A DNA stretch of 64,000 bases from Eledone cirrhosa (GCA_964016885.1 OZ024746.1:14074001-14138000), one strand, 5' to 3'; shown: positions 13,201-27,910, counted from the first letter of the stretch. Numbers and translations are program-made. The notes: generated from the letters alone by a model not told the origin.

Positions 13201-16200
13201 ATTCTGGTTAGTTTTTAGCGCATTATATTTCTACTCTTGCTGTTCTCCTTCCTTCTATTGTTCTGGGATATTCAGTTTTGCATGTGGCAGTAGAATTTTA
13301 TGATATACGCAAAATGTTTCATTTATTTCATTCATAAGTCTCTAGCACTAATTTGCCCCATTTAGTATATTGTCAATCATTTAAAGTTGTTCAATATACT
13401 CCGTCCTTTGTCATTGTTACAGATCTTTGATTCGTCTCAAGTCTTTTTTTAAAATAAAAATATATTATAACACCCAGTCCATTGCTGTATACTTCTGCTA
13501 TATTTTGACATCAGGCTATTTCGTGTGACCTCACATTTGCTAATACCATTTTTATGTTTGTTGTCTATCTCCTAGCACTATAATATTTACACCGTTGCTG
13601 CCACAGCACTGACCTATATTAGTTACTATGTTAACTAGCTTCAAACTATGTTGTCGTTGACCTTGGTTATTTAATTATATTCAAATATGTTTCGCATTTC
13701 AATACGAATAAAAAAACATATAAAGATCTAGACACAATGCCTAATGTTATATATAAAATATTTTCATGTGTATAAATTACACACCATGGCCAAATGTATT
13801 AATTATTAGGAATTAGCTTATTTCAGAATATTTGATTCATAGAACAGTTTTGTTGCTATATCATATTTTGCCATTAGTGTATTATGTTTCTTACATGAAC
13901 AATACAAATTTACTGATCTCAAATGGCTTCATAGAACGTTAGAACTAAATTCCTCCCCTTCTAGATATTATTATCCAGTAAAACACCTACTATGTATGCT
14001 ACAACAATTAAAGAAGCCAACCAAATGTCGAATTGTTCATTTATTTAAAAGACACAGTAGTATTCAATAAAGAGGTGGTTCTATTCATCTAAATAAAAAC
14101 ATTCCTCTATCTCTTTCAATGATCTTTCCTCGGTGTCCGATGTTAAAGTTTCTATTGCACTTAATATCCCAAATATTTCAAAGAATTTTATTTCTTTCTG
14201 TTAATAGAGTTCCAGAAGTCTGTTCCTTGAAAACTTGGTATTACACTCACACACGTATAGAGAGAGGGAGGAGAGAGAGAAGAGAACGGAGGAGAGACCG
14301 GTGTGTCCATATAATGTATGTATAATGCATGTGTGCACTAAGCTCAGCGTTACCGAGTAAAATAAAACGAATTATAATGTTTACACAATTTAACGTAAAG
14401 ATTTAGTTACAACATATTTATCTCTTTAAACAAGCTCGAAACTTTCTGAAGAAAAGTACAATAGTGACATAAGAGGATTCCCAATACCATGAAAACTGAT
14501 TTATTCTTAGCACATTCTTTTATATAGTTCCCACATGATATATTAATTACTATTTAGCGTTTGAAAGGGAGTTAATTTCTTCATTGAACTCTGAAAACAA
14601 AAATCAAACACAACTACTTCAGTTAGGCTTAAATCGTTGTTTAGTTTTCTTTTTTGTTTACTGTTAGAATATTTTGGCTCCAGAAACTAGAGAGCCTTTC
14701 CCAGAGTATAGCCGAGCAAAGATAACGAAATACTAATTCATGACAATTCAGTCTCTTGGGTGATATCTTAGTTTCTACGCTATTTAACAAGTTCTTTTGA
14801 AGTTGTCTCGGCAGGAAATACAAAGGAAATTTTATTCCATTCTTTACTTGTGACTAAATCTCATATTCTGTTGGATATTATTATACTTATATGGTCCGAG
14901 ACAGTGAAAATTGCTTTGAACTTTCCTGCTACAAATTAAGTTTACACACGCACCACTCCCCGTATCCCCACCCCCGCACGCACACGCACACACACACGCT
15001 CTCTCTCTCTCTCTCCCTCTCTCATACACACAGACATATATATACACATATATATGTATGGGGAGTCGTGCACGCGCGTGTGTATACGTACCATATCACG
15101 GAAACTGTGCTTTACATCTATATCTAACATGACATCCCGTTGCCATGCTAAACAATTCATTAATTGGGTTTATTACGCAACAGTTTGCACGCATTGATCT
15201 CAGATATATATTCAGTCAAAGAAGAATATGACTATAACTTCCTTTATACGTTTGAGAAAAATAACGAAAACCAACTTAATATTACTTTAATGAAATATCT
15301 ACATAAAATCATGTTAACACTTTTGTATTTAACTGTTCTATTTTATTTTTTTATGTTTATTTGTGAATTAAATTTACGAAGATTATATGGAGCGCTAGAC
15401 AATTGCCAACATGCTTTCTATGAATTTTAATATAAAAACGTTTTTATATTGAAATCAAAATAACAATGAATGTTTATGTCAATATCATTACTGGGAATAA
15501 AGAGTGTCAGATTACGTCGATATTACACACAAAATAATTCTCAATGAATGTATATTTAAATTTCCTAGCATCAATACATTCTTGTCAGAGAGCATAAATA
15601 TTTATACACTTCTGATATGATAACGGTTCATATTCAAATATATATCAACCATTAAAATAAGAGAATACAGGGTGTACGGTATTGTGTTAAAGTTGATTCA
15701 ACGCGTGAGTTTATATAAACTATACGTAATTCTGTATTTAGCCAATTTGCCAACAATATATTCATTTATTGGCAAGTTAATTAAATATTTATTAATACAA
15801 GTAAAATTTGCTCCATCATTTCGATAATTTCGTTTATTGTTTGCTTTTTTTTGTTCAATTCATCATTAGATTCAATATTTATTTTGAGGACTGACTGAAT
15901 AAGCAACAGTTACATAATACAAGACATGCCCCAAAACTATGTACGAGCATTATATAGAGACAAATTGATGTCGGGATCACATAAAGAACTATTACTTTTG
16001 TCTGTTTGCATAAAACTGAGAAAATGGGAGATTCGTAAATGCTTTGATTAGTTGCACAATTTTACTTTCATGTACACGACGATATGTTATTTTATGTCAC
16101 CAATTATCTGGTGTAACGTTTCTATATATCTGAGAACAGAGATCTGTAGACAACACATTAATGTATGATATTAAACCTATCAATACTAACATTGTAAGGC

Positions 16201-16414
16201 CAAATTACTTTCCAACATGCCATAAAATATTCGCATATATTTCATCAGACATAAAACATCACAAATTGCATTAGTGTGGGAATTTTGTTTCGTTTTGTTT
16301 GTGTTATTATTTCGTTTGTTGATTTCTTCTTTCCACATACAAGCAACATAATAAATCAGGTTAATGTAAGTAATTGTAATTTACCGCTTAGGAGAATATT
16401 CGTGCTTGTTCAAG

Positions 16415-16725
<311 letters not shown>

Positions 16726-16873
16726 AAATCCCGACCACGGCGCCAAGTGGCTTTGGATTGTATGTTCAGTATCGAGTTCATACCTATGTCTATACCCACT
16801 CTATATCTCCCATGATTTATGGTTTCTTCGGTCTCAGCATCACAGACTCTTTGTCTCTCTCTCTCTCTATCTG

Positions 16874-16944
<71 letters not shown>

Positions 16945-16949
<5 letters not shown>

Positions 16950-17077
16950 ATAATAATACATGTGAAGACTAAAATCAGAACAGGGCTCGATAAGAATATA
17001 TATATTTATATATATATATAAAAAATATATAAAAAACCGTAGAGCAAATATTTATTAAAATAACAGATTAAAGTTTA
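16945..17077 (-). mobile_element. Family E pLTR/tail fragment in (TA)n
   Basis: Reverse complement matches 35150-35248, 53138-53240 and the end of 30328-30394. Confidence 0.7.
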
Positions 17078-17087
17078 TTTTAAATTA

Positions 17088-17125
<38 letters not shown>

Positions 17126-17606
17126 TAGGTATAGGATTACCCAAGATGTAGTAATGGTTAATTACTACACTGGATATGGTTGACGTACGGTGAGAGGTTA
17201 CTCTACGAGTTATGGAAGAATTGTTGAAGAAACTTAGTTCCTGATCCTTCTGTATTCCGGAGTGTAGATAAAGAATGAATAATAACAGGTAGACATCATC
17301 ATAAAAAGGTAATTTATTCCGTGTGCTTACAAATGTTTCCACGGTGGTACTACAGCCTAGTTATGCTATGTGCAAATTTACAAGAATTTGCAGAACTCAA
17401 ATATCCAATGCTGTGACCACTGTATCCTCAGAGCAGAATGGTCTGAGGATACAGTGGTCACAGCATTGGATATTTGAGTTCTGCAAATTCTTGTAAATTT
17501 GCACATAGCATAACTAGGCTGTAGTACCACCGTGGAAACATTTGTAAGCACACGGAATAAATTACCTTTTTATGATGATGTCTACCTGTTATTATTCATT
17601 CTTTAT
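17126..17606 (+). mobile_element. PLE-like foldback (family D): ~140-bp tail + 165-bp perfect inverted arms
   Basis: Arms at 17268-17432 and 17442-17606 with a 9-nt loop; no mismatch seen by eye. TA runs lie on both sides. Confidence 0.8.
17443..17550 (+). ncRNA. Hammerhead-like core with greatly extended stem II
   Basis: CUGAGGA (17443-17449); UACAGUGGU..ACAGC pairs with GCUGU..ACCACCGUG; GAAAC-AUUU-GUA (17535-17546). Stem I is truncated or imperfect. Confidence 0.55.
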
Positions 17607-17639
17607 ATATATATACACATATATATATATAAAGTTTAA

Positions 17640-17737
17640 AATAGAAATGGCTTCTATATTAAACTTGATATTTACACTCTACTAATGTATTGAGTAGCTT
17701 ACTAACTGTTGTTACCCCCGATTGAAGCCGGACTGTC
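17640..17737 (+). mobile_element. Tail fragment related to family F (52950-53036)
   Basis: Shared TTCTATATTAAA..ATATTTA.ACTCT..TGTATTGAGTA..ACTGT.GTTACCCCCGAT.GAA.CCGG. Confidence 0.65.
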
Positions 17738-18974
17738 TCTCTCTCTCTATCTATCTATCCCCCCCCCCCTCTCACTCACACACACACACAGATGTATAGG
17801 TATATAGGTATATAAGTAGCCGAGACTATGTAAATTTAAGCATTTTCAATATATAGACATGTAATTTTTTGGTCCCAAATATGGAAAATTTGTAAGTAGA
17901 ATTAATGTGATCTTTGAGCTGCTGAAGCTTTGAAAAACCTCTACGTCATTGAATGTATCATAATTTCGGCTTGTAAACATAAACTATATATTACAGCCCA
18001 ACAGTGTATCCTAATGTATAATATGGGCAGTGTGCACATGATATACGCCATGATGCAGTAGTAAAAAATAACCAAACTTTATACTCAGTTTTTCTAGATT
18101 TTTACATGTATATTTTCCATATTCTATATATTGCGTAATAATATTAATATTAAATGAAATTCTTTACTATCATTATCTTCCCTTAGCATCAAAGTAGCCA
18201 TTACGTTTACAATACTTTGCTGTGAAAAATATTGATCCAACAGGAATATAAATCAGCAATTAAACTTTATTTAAACGAAGAAATAAAATTGTGTTTAGGT
18301 TCATCTAAAATATGGAATATAAATTACGTTTAGTTACATTAGCCTTTTTAAAACAAATAATGTAAATATTCATCTTCGTGTTATCCCCATATAAAACAAA
18401 CAAATCCACAGTGTAATAAAACTTAAATTTAAATCTGGAACAGTATGAAATCTAAAACGTTAATGTCCCTTTGAAATTAAACCGATATTTAAAACAGCGT
18501 AACAGTATAATTTTATAACTGAAGTAATATGATAAGGAGTTTATGGCAGTGAATTCATGGTTATATGTTGTGTATACATTTCTATGAAAGGTTTATGAGG
18601 TGGATTTTAATGCTAACTTATTCATGATTGAATGTTTGAAAATCATATTGTTCTTTACAAACATTTATTATTGCATAGGAGTACTAAGTACTAGTATAGC
18701 TTGGTAAGTATTTGTAGCCATTATAAATAATAAATACATATGCATGTCTGTGTGGTAAAGGAGGTCACTTTAAGGAAAACAACAAAGTGCAAGAGAGTAA
18801 TCGAAACATATATATTAAAAAAAGTATAAAATCTATAATATATGAATAATATGTCCCTCCCCATACACGTATACACAATCAAATAAATACATAGAGCATC
18901 ATATATATTTTACAGTATTCATTCCCGGTTGTTTTCGGTTCTCAGTTCAAATCTTCCCAAGGACTTATGAAAAT

Positions 18975-19210
18975 AATTTCTTCTTCTTTGCCCACTTATT
19001 CCCGGGAGGGTCTTGAAGGCAGAGTCCTCAAGCATCCCCCCCTCTCCAGCGGGTCCCGTCAGAAGCAACCGTCTCCAACTGATTTGGCTGGATCCCCAGG
19101 CGAAACTAGCCAAGCTCATGGATGTTATCTAACCATCTTGTTCAGGGTTTAGCCCTGAGTCTCCTGCCAGTTGCTTCAGAGATTCTTTCCTCAGACATTC
19201 TAACCACATG
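18975..19210 (-). mobile_element. RTE-clade LINE 3' remnant
   Basis: Minus strand reads HVVRMSEER..TGRRLRAKP*TRWLDNI..LGI..VASDGTRWR, followed by a (GAA)3 tail. Confidence 0.65.
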
Positions 19211-20918
19211 AAAATAGTTGCTGTAACATATTATCGCTAATTCCCTTTAATGCAAAATTTAGTATGTACTCAGTGAACACAAATCAATATTATTGAGATT
19301 AAAACTTTATAAAATATTACATGCCCATTGTCAACCAGTGGGTTTTATTAATCAATTTAATGGCAAAAAAAAAAAGCATTATATTATTGAACTATATATC
19401 GCAGAAAGAATGTGAACATTTCTCTACAAACGAACATGCGCATGTGCACGAAATTTTAGACACATTGTATAACTTCTTGCCAGATATTCCTACTCGTTAA
19501 TCTAGGAAGTATTTGAATTTTATATTGAATGAAATCAATTAAACCAAGGACTGAATCTAGATTAGCACATCCCCATTCTTTAAAGTAGAATATTGAACAT
19601 TTTTGACTAGGTGAAACATTTCACAGAAGTTTTATAAAGCATAAATTTATCGAACGAATCGTCACATATATATAACATGGAAATTTGACACCGTCAAATA
19701 TTCTTGTCTTGTTTAGTTCTGCCGACACATCACTCTGCTTAGCGAGGAAAGATTTTCAGCTTTATATTTAAAAGGGTTTTCAGGAAATGGAATTGTTTAC
19801 TGTTATTTTTGATTCCTTCGGATGTAATTTGAACTCAATGTTTCAAGCTAGAGAAACACTATCCGTGTGAGTTGTATTTTCTTATGATACCCATAGACAG
19901 TTAGCTAGACCTAACTATATGGGGACAAAGCTAACTCATCACAAATCCGTCTATCATAAATATACTGTTAATTTTAGCCAGAACACACACATTTGTGATA
20001 TGCGCCAAATGCTATCTAGAAAGTGTTAAATTGGCAGCTTTGTTAGAGTGTGAGATTAAATGCTTTGTGATGTTTGTTCCGATTCTTGGGTGCATTGAAT
20101 TCAAATCCTGGCCTGTTCAACTCTGCCTTTCATCATTTTGAGGTTGATAAATAAAGTCAAAGTGGAAATCGCGAGCTGGAAGATAGTGAAATTGCTAGAG
20201 CATCGATATCAGTTCTGAGTTGAAAAACCGTCTCCTGTCACCAGTAAAATATTGACAGGATAGAACTGGAGTTTCTATCATTAAAATAAAATAACTGACA
20301 GACCTCCTATACAACCTGCCTTCGTGGGAGGCCAGCTAAGTTTAAGCAGATGTGAACCGTAACCACGACAGATGGTACACATACAATAGTAATCATTAAT
20401 CTATAAATAATGATGACGTCTAGTGCTGCTCCTCATGACATAGACCCCTAACTCCTTCGTTCTCTTTCCAGAAGTCTCTATTTAGATAACATAGTTATGC
20501 CAAACCAGGACAGTAAGCATAAGTGAGAGAGCTATAATTAATAAGCATTTAGTTCACGACGGAACTTGTTTCACTCGACCTCAGACGAGATTCACCATTC
20601 GTTTCTCGTCACTTTGTGATTCGCTTCAAATTCTCGTTCTGATTATGCGTATAACGGTAAATTTGCAATAATAGTACACGCATCAACACCATTGTTGATG
20701 TCTTACTTGACTGTAATAGATAACGTGAGAGAGGAAGAGAAGGAGAGAAAAAGATTATTAAATATACTGTTATAGAGAAATATATTAGGCCATTCATGAA
20801 TTTTAAATTAACATATCCCTTTCTAGGCTAATGTTATATGACTAAACAGCTTTCCATTTCTACTAGACCGTTAAATTCTATGACTCTGAATTAACATATT
20901 TTCGATCAACGACATTCG

Positions 20919-20963
20919 GAAAGAAAAATATTGGCATTAACAGCTTGCCAATATTTTTCTTTC
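20919..20963. repeat. 18-bp perfect inverted repeat, 9-nt loop
   Basis: GAAAGAAAAATATTGGCA / TGCCAATATTTTTCTTTC. Confidence 0.85.
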
Positions 20964-22246
20964 TAAAATATACTTTATATCCATTATGAAATGGTATCGT
21001 GGTCGCTTCTAAAATCGTTTTTCCGGAAATCTTATCTTATTTAACCAAATACAAATTTTATTCATCCAAAACCAAGATAGTTGACCATATTTGCTATCAT
21101 TTCATATCATCTCAAAATAAAATTGATCTTTACTTTCGCTTTCCAAAAATATTTTTTGGTATTTATACTCTCATTAGAACAAAGTATCATGGAAAAATCA
21201 CCAATGTAGTTTATGTAGCTTTTGAGAAGGTAGAAATAGTAGAGCACCTGGTACCTTGCAATATTTAGTTTCATCACTGACTATTCAGAGCACAGGCTAA
21301 TGTATAATGACACTACTCCCAGATTGAGTTGACAACCTCATGTCACCCTACCAAGTATCCACAGAATAATATCCAGTTTAATGTTCTGTTTAGATGAAAG
21401 ACAATATTGATCTCAGTGGAATTTGAAGCCCGAAAGTATTTGTTTTTTTAATCAGAAAGTATTTGTTTTTATCCAGGGAAAAGGAATTTAAAACGTAACG
21501 TTCATGCCTTTCGCATAAGTAACGTGAAATGGCTTCTACTGGATATAGACACCCATTACGGTCTTTGAAATGACAGGATATTATCTCTTCTATTGCAATG
21601 CTAGTCACTCTTCCTGAATAGTCAGTTAAATTGAATCAATACTACTAGTATTTATTTCATCGATCCAGCAAAGACGAGAAGCGGAGCTGATTTTATTTGT
21701 AATTTTTTTAAATATCAAATAATCCGAAAGCATCTGCTGGTTGTGTACTAAGGCAATTTGAATTTAGTATATGTCGGGGTGAAATGCGTTATAACCATAC
21801 TGACTATGAATGGTTCTGTTAGGAAACTAACAATGCAATAACGTTAGAAATGTGCGTCAATTTTGATAAAAGATCTAGCAACAAACTTTCTTATGAATTA
21901 AGCCTAATTGGAAAAACATAAGAATAAGGGGCATATCTTCTATTAATTAACGAATGTCAAAGTTTAACAATTTATCTTAAAATAGTTAATCACTAGAAAA
22001 CAGCTGTAGACTTCACAAATTTCCATTCTAACAGTGTTATAAGTTCTGAACAAAAACTTTTCCTTATTGTTTGCAGAGTTCTGTTTATGTAAGTGAAGAT
22101 ACAAATCCATAAGCCGTTCTGTTTGCGTAAAAAGTAGGTTACACGAATTTCGTTGTAAACAAGCGTTACATAAAAAGAGGAAATCATTTAAAAAAAATAT
22201 ATTTAATTGATTATATACATACATATATCATATATATCTATATATC

Positions 22247-22283
<37 letters not shown>

Positions 22284-22898
22284 GTATTTATGTTTCTTTT
22301 GTATATATAAACTGTAAGAATACCAGCAAGCTCAGTTTATATATATTTTTAAAAGATATATACACACAGCTCAAACTACATTATGATATAAAATACGATC
22401 AATTTTACGAGATATTTGCGTTTGATGTATCATTATAATTCTTTTTATGTTTTATAGGAATCCATAATGATTTTTTTCATACATTTTCCTTCGTCTATGA
22501 CCAGCATCGCAATAGCATAGATGAACAGTAGCCTGAAAAATTAATCAATAAACTAAATTGATGGCATTTACATACATTTCTTGTTGCAGTAGATTCTGTC
22601 TAGAATATAAAGAAGTCTAAATTTATAAATAACAGGATATATTCGTATACATATCCTAATAATTGCATAAAACCTGTTGGATATTGATGACTATTCTATG
22701 ATCATATTCATAAAGGTTTAACCAGTTAAGGTTATATTTTGCCTGCACTATACCATATTCTCTTAAAACAAATATGTTAAAATAAAATAAAAATTAAGTA
22801 AACTGTTTAGAGAAAAAGATAACGCTACTTTTTTAAGTTTAACCATGCCGTCAAACGGCATAAGTAGGTACATATATGGTTGTTTGGGTCTCATATCG

Positions 22899-23019
22899 TT
22901 CTGAGTTCAAATCCCGCCGAGGTTAACTTTGCCTTTCATCCTTACGGGGTCGATAAAATAAAGTACCAGTAATGTACTGAGTATTTGCTGGCCTTGTGCC
23001 AAAAGTAGAAACAATTATA
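22899..23019 (+). mobile_element. 5'-truncated SINE copy
   Basis: Runs from the B box through AAAGTAGAAACAATTAT. Confidence 0.85.
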
Positions 23020-23486
23020 ATTAGCTACAATTATAACTAGGTTTATGTATATATATAGCAATATGCGTAACCGAACTACTGCCAGTCCTTCCTCGTACTA
23101 GCTATCGCGTCTTCCTTAAGTAAATCACACTTCACACAGCTTCTCACACAAACTACATCACTCGGAATTGATGAAATAGAAAGTGCAAAAGTATCGTCTG
23201 GTCAACCATTTGCGATTTTCAACAAGGGAAGCTTGACTTTCTGGATGAGGAGTTAAATTCTCCTTAAATCACATCCTAAGTAAAATATATATTGAACTAC
23301 GTAGCTCCTGATATACTAAAAGATACAATTATCAAGACTGGGATGTATTTTATCATAGGTCTGTCTGATCAGTGCTGATTAGAGGATAAACAACAACGAA
23401 GTTTACTCTCAGCGAGGGAGGCCGATGTGTTGTCGTTCGACCATTTTAACAGGAATCACATCCTGCATTTTAAAATTAGAAAATAC

Positions 23487-23660
23487 AGTGGCTGAGTGGT
23501 TAAGGTGTTTACTTCGCAACCAGTTGACACTTTGGTCGTTTTCTACTATAGCTTCGGGTTAACCAATGCCTAGTATGAATTTGGTATACATATGTGTGTG
23601 TTAGTGTATGTTAGTGTATGGTAGCGTGTTTGTGTGTGTGCGTGTCCATGTTTGTCTGTG
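23487..23660 (+). mobile_element. Degenerate second SINE type (CORE-like) with TG-rich tail
   Basis: A-box-like GTGGCTGAGTGGTTAAG, then TTCTACTATAGCTTCGGG..CCAATGCC..ATTTGGTA, similar to 27790-27913. Confidence 0.5.
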
Positions 23661-23984
23661 TTTAGGACTCGTAACTTAAAATAAATACATGGCTACAGTC
23701 TATCGATTGAATCAAAGAATAACAATAAAAATATAATAAAATAACATATTACATAAACTAGAAGAAAACAGCCTGGGGTTGATTCTTTTACTACTATTAA
23801 TATATTGTTTTACTGATTGCTTTATTGTGAAATGTCAAGTGTCTTTATTTCTTCTTTTATTTCAGTAATCTAGTAAAAACAAAAATTAATAGTTGCCTCC
23901 AACGATATTTGAACTTGAAAAAACCCGAGATAACGTAATGCGTCGCTTATTTGTTTATAGTCTGTCTGCCAAAGAACAGCGTTA

Positions 23985-24185
23985 ATGGTTTCTAATTTAG
24001 GCACAAGATCAGCAATTTCTTTTTATTTTGGTTGGGGAGAAAGTCGATAATATCAACCTCACTATTTTACTGCTACTTCATTTAATCAATCTTGGAAGGA
24101 TGAAAGGCAAATTTGACCTCGACAGGATTTGAACATAAATGGATGTAACTAAATACCACGAGACATTTTTCCGACAATTCTACCA
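23985..24185 (-). mobile_element. Degenerate SINE copy
   Basis: GGTTTCTAATTTAGGCACAAG and GAAGGATGAAAGGCAAATTTGACCTCGACAGGATTTGAAC. Confidence 0.65.
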
Positions 24186-24670
24186 ACGAAGGACAGCATT
24201 AATAAACAAATATTACTTTATTTGATATTTTAATTTTGGTAAAATATGTGTTGTTGATTTTAGTAAATAGACCAAGCCAATTCCCTAGTGTGTTGTAAAA
24301 GTTGACTGAAAGAAACAAAGAAACATCACAATCTACACTTGAATAAATGATATTCGGACGGCTATTTGATAACAAAATTCCTTCTAAACACATTCCTGTC
24401 AGACACAAGGAATATGGAGCCTTTTAAATAAACAAAGGAAGCATGATTTGAAAATGAGCTAACATAATCTGTCTGTATATTTGTATGTGTTTGTGTGTGT
24501 GTGTGTGTTCGTATGCGTCTATAAAAATACGACCTTAAATGTTTGGGAACATTATACAAATAATAAATTACGAGAGAAGAGTCCTGCAGTTTTCTAAAAA
24601 AAAGATTAGGTTACGTATATTCGCTATCAATTAAAACAAGGATAAATAATAGACAGTCAAGCGACATAGT

Positions 24671-24776
24671 ATTAGTAGTAGTAGTAGTAGTAGCAGTAGC
24701 AGCAGCAGCAGCAGTAGTATAAGTAGTAGTAGTAGTAGTAGTAGTAGTAGCAGCAGCAGCAGCAGCATCAGTAGTA

Positions 24777-24812
<36 letters not shown>
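24671..24812. repeat. (AGT)n/(AGC)n trinucleotide repeat
   Basis: Read directly. Confidence 0.95.
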
Positions 24813-24813
<1 letters not shown>

Positions 24814-25534
24814 GTAACATCTGTTAATAATGGCAGTATCAAAGCTCTTTGAAATGATGACCTTAATCAGGCCTTTAGTAAACAATTATAATATTTATAT
24901 TATAATTATAATATTTATGAATCTCTTAATATTTAATACACTTATTTTGTTAAAGAAACTTTAAAATTTCCTTTGATGAAATGAAATTCTGATGTTGATA
25001 AGAAACATAATTATTTTCACATTAGTACAACATTTTGATATTCACTAACGGCCATATTTATAGGTTTTGTAAATAAACAGTTATACCACATAAATTTGAA
25101 TCTATATCTCACCTCAAAGCATATAAATACATCATATCTCCATATGAAAATATTTTTGGCATTGCTCTAAAATGATTGTGTATTTTTAACTCAAGAGAAA
25201 GCAGAAGACAGAATTTACAGAAGGCGGTAAATTGGAAGCGATATTTGCGCCTCGAATATAATATTTTGAGGTATTTCTTCCGACTTTTTCAGCTCCTTGG
25301 TGTTGATAAATAAATAAAAGTCCAGGGAGCGCAGGGAATTGGTGATATTGATAGAGTATCGGAGGGGTTGTCTTGTGGTCTTTATTTCAAGAATTTGCAT
25401 TCTGAATTCAAATTCTACCTTATATCACCAACATACTTGTGGCAAGAAACAGGAATGGGTTTACTAATTGTCCCTATGATATAATTGCCAAATATATGTA
25501 TATCAGATGATCTATTCTGGGTATTTACTCTCTA

Positions 25535-25537
<3 letters not shown>

Positions 25538-25624
<87 letters not shown>

Positions 25625-25631
25625 TGTGTGT

Positions 25632-25675
<44 letters not shown>
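25538..25675. repeat. (AG)n microsatellites
   Basis: Read directly. Confidence 0.95.
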
Positions 25676-25678
<3 letters not shown>

Positions 25679-26996
25679 AAAGAAAGTCCCACTCCAGTAC
25701 TGGGGTCGATTCTTCCCCACTTTCTCTCTTTCTTTCACCGGAAGACATTCGTTGAGATACGACAATGGTTTGGATTCCACAAGGTTTAAGATGATCAACA
25801 CTTTCTCTAACGAAAACTCCATTTAAATGTTGCCAGAAAGACTCACTGCGCATAGACCAAAGTCTACACTTAGTGCGTTTGAGAAACCAACTCTAACTTC
25901 AACACTTAGAAACGTCTAAGCAAAGCTGAGAGGATTTTACACCCACCCTTTTTATCAGCTACTTCAACATAATCCCAATGTTTGTCTATGATATCATTCC
26001 AATCTCCTACTAACACTAATAAGCATGATGTTCCTAGGAAAGTTTCCATTATAATTCTATATAATCCTGATGTTGTCGTTACTATGTGTTTGTCCCTTTG
26101 CAGCTTTTAGAAGTATTTCAGTTTCTACTTTTTTGTAATTGTTAGAAACTTCATGAATTCCATTATCTCCTTGATACAACCATCATATCTTGTATGATTT
26201 CAATGAAACTACTTTGGAAATTAAATGTATTCGAGTATGATTAGTACTTGACTTTCAGTTGAATTATCCGGAAGGAAGACCGAAAATATGTTACTTTCCA
26301 ATGCTGTTCTATAATTTCCATCAAAATCCACAGATCTAAGTAAGGTTGCACGTTTCCTCTGAGATATATATAGATTATTAGCGGAGTGCTCTCCTGAACT
26401 TCTTCGCTTTCAAACAATACTTACATATACTGTGTTTCTTTTTTTCTTCTCTTTCTTTTTTTGAAGTGCCAAACATAAGTACTAACACAAATTTGGAGCT
26501 ATTTCTCACTGTGTAGGAGAAAAAATTTTACATTCTTGCATTTTTTTTAGTTTCAACATATGTTAGTGGTTGTGCTTCTCGGTGAACAATTTAGCTTATC
26601 CACAGGGGGCTTTATATAAGGTTTCATTCAAGTGATTTATTCGTTCTATTTTTAACGGAAGTATTCAATCACGGTGCAGGATATCCTTGCTATGTTTCTT
26701 AATATTTCTCTTCTGTTCATTACCAATATTGTTGTTTCCTTCTATTTTCTTTTGATTATTTCTGTTATTGCTGTTGATTTATATTTTATTATATTTACTA
26801 TCGTTGTTGATGTTGGTGTTGTTGTTTCTTTGGTTCATCATTTTACTAACATTCTCAACCATTTCTTCGTTTGTCTTGTCGACATTTTAACAGGTATTTA
26901 TCTTTTCCATCTTCAATTACATTATTCCTTTTTTGTTTCTGTTGCTGTTGTTTTTTATGTTGTTGATGGTGGCTTTATTGACGTTGTTATTGTTGC

Positions 26997-27392
26997 TGTG
27001 TACTCACTCCTGTGTACTCACTCCTGTGTACTCACTCCTGTGTACTCACTCCTGTGTACTCACTCCTGTGTACTCACTCCTGTGTAATCACTTCTGTGTA
27101 CTCACTCCTGTGTTCTCACATCCTGTACTCACTCCTGTGTACTCACACTATGTACTCACTCCTGTGTACTCACACCATGTACTCACTCCTGTGTACTCAC
27201 ACTTTGTACTCACTCCTGTGTTCTCACATCCTGTACTCACTCCTGTGTACTCACACCATATACTCGCACCGATGTACTCACTCCTGTATATTCACTCCTG
27301 TGTACTCACTCCTATGAACTCACTCCTGTGTACTCACACCATGTACTCACTCCTGTGTACTCACACCATGTACTCACTCCTATGTACTTACA
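26997..27392 (+). repeat. 14-bp minisatellite (TGTGTACTCACTCC) grading into a 27-bp higher-order unit
   Basis: Pure 14-mers at the left; alternating TGTACTCACTCCTG and TGTACTCACACCA at the right. Confidence 0.9.
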
Positions 27393-27789
27393 TGATGATA
27401 AACCTCAATTTTTAATATTTATATTTGTTTGCAATTAAATGTTGTTTGTATTTTATTGATACTGTTTCAAATTACCAATATATTTAGATTCTGGAACTAA
27501 AATAATTTGTCAATCAGACAATGATTGAATTTGAGACGACTAGACATTACAAAAATCACTATTTTAGGAACATACAGTTTAATTCTTAAGCAATTAGATG
27601 CTGAACTCAGTCTAAAAAATTCCACTCCTACAATGACATTAGAAGCCACACCGTCAGATTTTCTTAATGGAATAACTCCATAGAAAGCGATATATTACAA
27701 CTCCGAAAAAAAAAAAAAAAATGTAGTGAAAACATTTTTGGTGTTGAAAATATTTCTCGTAGATGATATGTTGGCTCATGATTTGTTGC

Positions 27790-27910
27790 CGCTACCTTTA
27801 CGGAAGCCTGCTTGATCTGTCTCGAGTTAAGTCTTACATCGTGACACGTTGGCCAAGTGCCTTCTACTACGGACTCAGGCTGGTGAATGCCGCGTGCAGA
27901 ATATTTGGCA

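Noticed and set aside
17268-17606. Foldbacks as pre-miRNAs or MITEs
   Set aside because: The arms are too long and perfect for a typical pre-miRNA. The one-sided tails, variable fold points and hammerhead boxes do not fit TIR elements.
24611-24885. Poly-Thr/Ala and poly-Leu ORFs
   Set aside because: Trinucleotide repeat translation with no flanking coding signal.
26674-27415. Hydrophobic, membrane-protein-like ORFs
   Set aside because: They arise from (GTT/ATT)-rich low complexity sequence plus the minisatellite.
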